A DNA stretch of 64,000 nt from Guillardia theta CCMP2712 (lineage: Eukaryota > Protista > Cryptophyta), in contig NW_005434661.1 of the NCBI RefSeq assembly GCF_000315625.1, positions 1-64,000 on the forward strand. Reading direction: 5' to 3'. This document shows, piece by piece, positions 61,594-64,000 of the stretch. The translations under genes were made by a program, and so were the position numbers. Within the stretch, counting starts at the first letter, position 1, and each line of letters begins with the position of its first letter. The notes under the pieces were generated by a model. It did no database searches. It was given only the letters and a program-made list of their open reading frames with translations, and had not been told where the DNA came from.

Positions 61594-63362
61594 CTCTTCC
61601 TCTTCCTCCTCCCCTTCAATTCCCTCCGCTCCAGCTTTGCTCCGTCTGCTGTCTAGGATGTTTAATCATGTACATCTCAAGAAACGCTTATCGTTTCTTC
61701 TTCCAGCAACGTCTCTGCCTGCAATTCCTCCAGTCAGCTCGACGGGGATGGCATGACAGCAACGTGACTCCTTCCTCCCTCTCGACGCTCCTGCTTGACT
61801 TGCCTGCAGCTTCTGCCGTCCTGACGCTGTCGCTGCGTCCTCGAGCGGAACTTTCGCCGTCGTCTCAGGAAAGTTGTCAAGATGTGTGGAGAGAGCGTGA
61901 AAGACTTTGCAGAGGATGTGCGATCCTCGTACCGCCGGTTGAGGATCTTGAGATTCGAATATGAGGTGAGGAAGGAAGGGAGGAAGGGAGAGGAATGGAG
62001 AGAACAGGAAGGAAGGAAGGGGAGGGAGAGGAGCATAAGGAAGAAGAAGAGAGGATTGGGGGAGAGGCTGAGTGGAGGAGAATAGCGATGAAGTAACCTT
62101 TGTTGGTATTCCAGTACTTGCCTGGAGGAGACGTCAAAGATGTGAAATGTACCGTGAAGACTTTAATCTATCAACCCATTACAGGACACGTGGGAAAACT
62201 CTCCTCCTCCCCCTCCCCCCCTTCTTTCTTCATCTCTCCTCCTCTCCTCCTCTCCTCCTTTGCTCTATTTCTCTCTCCTCCCCCCTCCATGCATCTCTTG
62301 ATCACCTTACTTCACTTCACCTCATCTTCTCTCTCTTCCTAACCTCCTCAGCTCAAGTCTTCTTCTCTCTGCTTTGTACCCTCTATCGCTCCTCCTTAGA
62401 GTCAACCCCTTCCCTTCTCTTCCTCTTCTTCCATCTCTTCCTTCTCTTCCTCTTCTTCCTCTTCTTCCTCTTCTTCCTCTTCCTTCTCTTCTTCTTCTCC
62501 CTCTTCTGCTTTCTCCTCACTTTCTCGCAGGATCAGCTCTTTAGCCCATATGGCGGACTTCAGCTGTCCCCTGACGGACAGTTTCTCCTCTCTGGTTCAA
62601 CACCACAGAGGTGAAGAAGGGCAGGAGGAGGGGGAGGAGGAGGAGGAGGAGGAGGAGGAGGAGGAGGAGGAGGAGAAGGAGGAGGAAGGAGAATATCGTT
62701 TGCAATCATCCGCTGACTCTGATTCTCCTCNNNNNNNNNNNNNNNNNNNNNNNNNNNNNNNNNNNNNNNNNNNNNNNNNNNNNNNNNNNNNNNNNNNNNN
62801 NNNNNNNNNNNNNNNNNNNNNNNNNNNNNNGGAGGAGAGTTTCTCTGCCCAGACTGCTCCTCCTCCTCCTCCTCCTCCTCCTCCGCAAGGAGCTCTTCTG
62901 TACCCGCCGAGCAAATGTAACCCTTCTCCGTCTCCCTCACTCTCCCTCACTCTCCCTCTCCCTTTCCTCCCTCCTCCCCTCCTTGAACTTGTCTCCTTTC
63001 TCCGCCCTGTTTCCGCTTCCTGTTTGAATTTCTTTTTCGTCTTCGTCGCTCACTTTGAATCTTCAGGGGCCAGGCACAGACAGAAGAAATAAAGAGGAGC
63101 CTCCAAGGTACTTGCTGCCTCTCCTCCTCCCTCCCCCCCTCCCCTCCTCGTGCTGTTCAACGGTTCACGTCCTGCTCCTGCCCTTCCGTACTCTGCTCTC
63201 CTCCTCCTCCTCCTCCTCCTCCTCCTCCTCCTCCTCCTCACTCTGACAGGCCGTGCAGATTTGCGGGCGATGCTGGAGGAGCACAAGAGAGTTGTGGTGA
63301 CCGATGGAGGGAGGTGGATCAGGTTGGTGGAGACAAGCGAGCTGAAGAAGCTCATGAGATGA
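59470..63362 (+). CDS. secreted NHL/beta-propeller repeat protein, multi-exon
   Basis: Signal-like N-terminus; AGSGQVGSADGTATASSF, IYVADSGN|CLIRLVD; spans an assembly gap; ends approximate. Confidence 0.55.
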
Positions 63363-63429
63363 AAGTTTCTTTGTTCACTGGATGTCGGAGAGAAGAGTTT
63401 GTGTGAAAGATAATAAAGTTCAATGTGAG

Positions 63430-63552
63430 GAGACGAGACGAGACGAGACGAGACGAGACGAGACGAGATGAGATGAGATGAGATGAGATGAGACGAGATG
63501 AGATGAGATGAGACGAGACGAGACGAGACGAGATGAGATGAAATAAGATGAG
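63430..63552 (+). repeat. (GAGAC/GAGAT)n pentamer microsatellite
   Basis: Direct read. Confidence 0.9.
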
Positions 63553-63700
63553 AGGAAAGCATTTATCTCATTTATCATTATCTAAAGATTTTTTAAGGTT
63601 TGTTTTGTGTCATAGTAATTCTACAGTTGAGCAAATAGCAAATCATGAACAGTGAGAGACTCAAAGATGGTTGTTGTTGATTCTGCTGCTGCTGTTGCCA

Positions 63701-63701
<1 letters not shown>

Positions 63702-63752
<51 letters not shown>

Positions 63753-63810
63753 GATGATGATGATGGTGGTGGTGGTGGTGGTGGTGGTGGTGGTGGTGGT
63801 GATGGTGATG
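63702..63810 (+). repeat. compound (GTT)n/(GAT)n/(GGT)n microsatellite
   Basis: Direct read. Confidence 0.9.
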
Positions 63811-64000
63811 TTCATGATCGTGGTGACGACATCATCTTGAGACAAGCACAACAACAGCGATGACAAATGCAATCAAGATGACCTAAGAAACAAGATGAGT
63901 CGCAACAGCACAAGTCAGAACAAGCTTGCAACACAACAAGCCTGACCGAAGTGAAAATCAGCACTGCGATGAGGCGAAACAGCTTTTTTATGCTTCTGGA

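Overview
Gene-dense eukaryotic nuclear DNA. It has short GT-AG introns (about 45-60 nt), purine/pyrimidine-tract introns, TTTAGGG-type telomeric repeats, and several proteins with signal peptide + Phe plastid leaders. These features suggest an alga with a complex red plastid, most likely a cryptophyte such as Guillardia theta (inference). Positions 1-42 kb and 57-64 kb hold host genes: a USP14/Ubp6-like deubiquitinase, a nucleoredoxin-like protein, DUF3598, mitochondrial uS17, succinyl-CoA ligase alpha, CK1, SLX9, a Tat-lumen protein, a CFAP92-like protein, a RAP/OPR-like protein, a coiled-coil protein, TCAB1/WRAP53 and an NHL-repeat protein. Positions 42.3-57.1 kb are a mobile-DNA hotspot with three parts. 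(1) The 3' part of a Fanzor1 (TnpB-like RNA-guided nuclease) gene. Its RuvC-III motif RDLNAALNI lies in a second exon missed by the ORF track, and a candidate omegaRNA follows. (2) An AT-rich, intronless, virus-like island. It carries arrays of ~122-bp imperfect palindromes (one with a flipped centre) and a family of tiny GC-rich double-hairpin insertions, including a 21-nt frame-preserving element with an AC/GT target duplication. (3) An intact two-ORF PIF/Harbinger-superfamily (Pangu-like) transposon with 28-bp TIRs. Three assembly gaps in the hotspot limit adjacency claims. Multi-exon gene boundaries were read by eye and are approximate.
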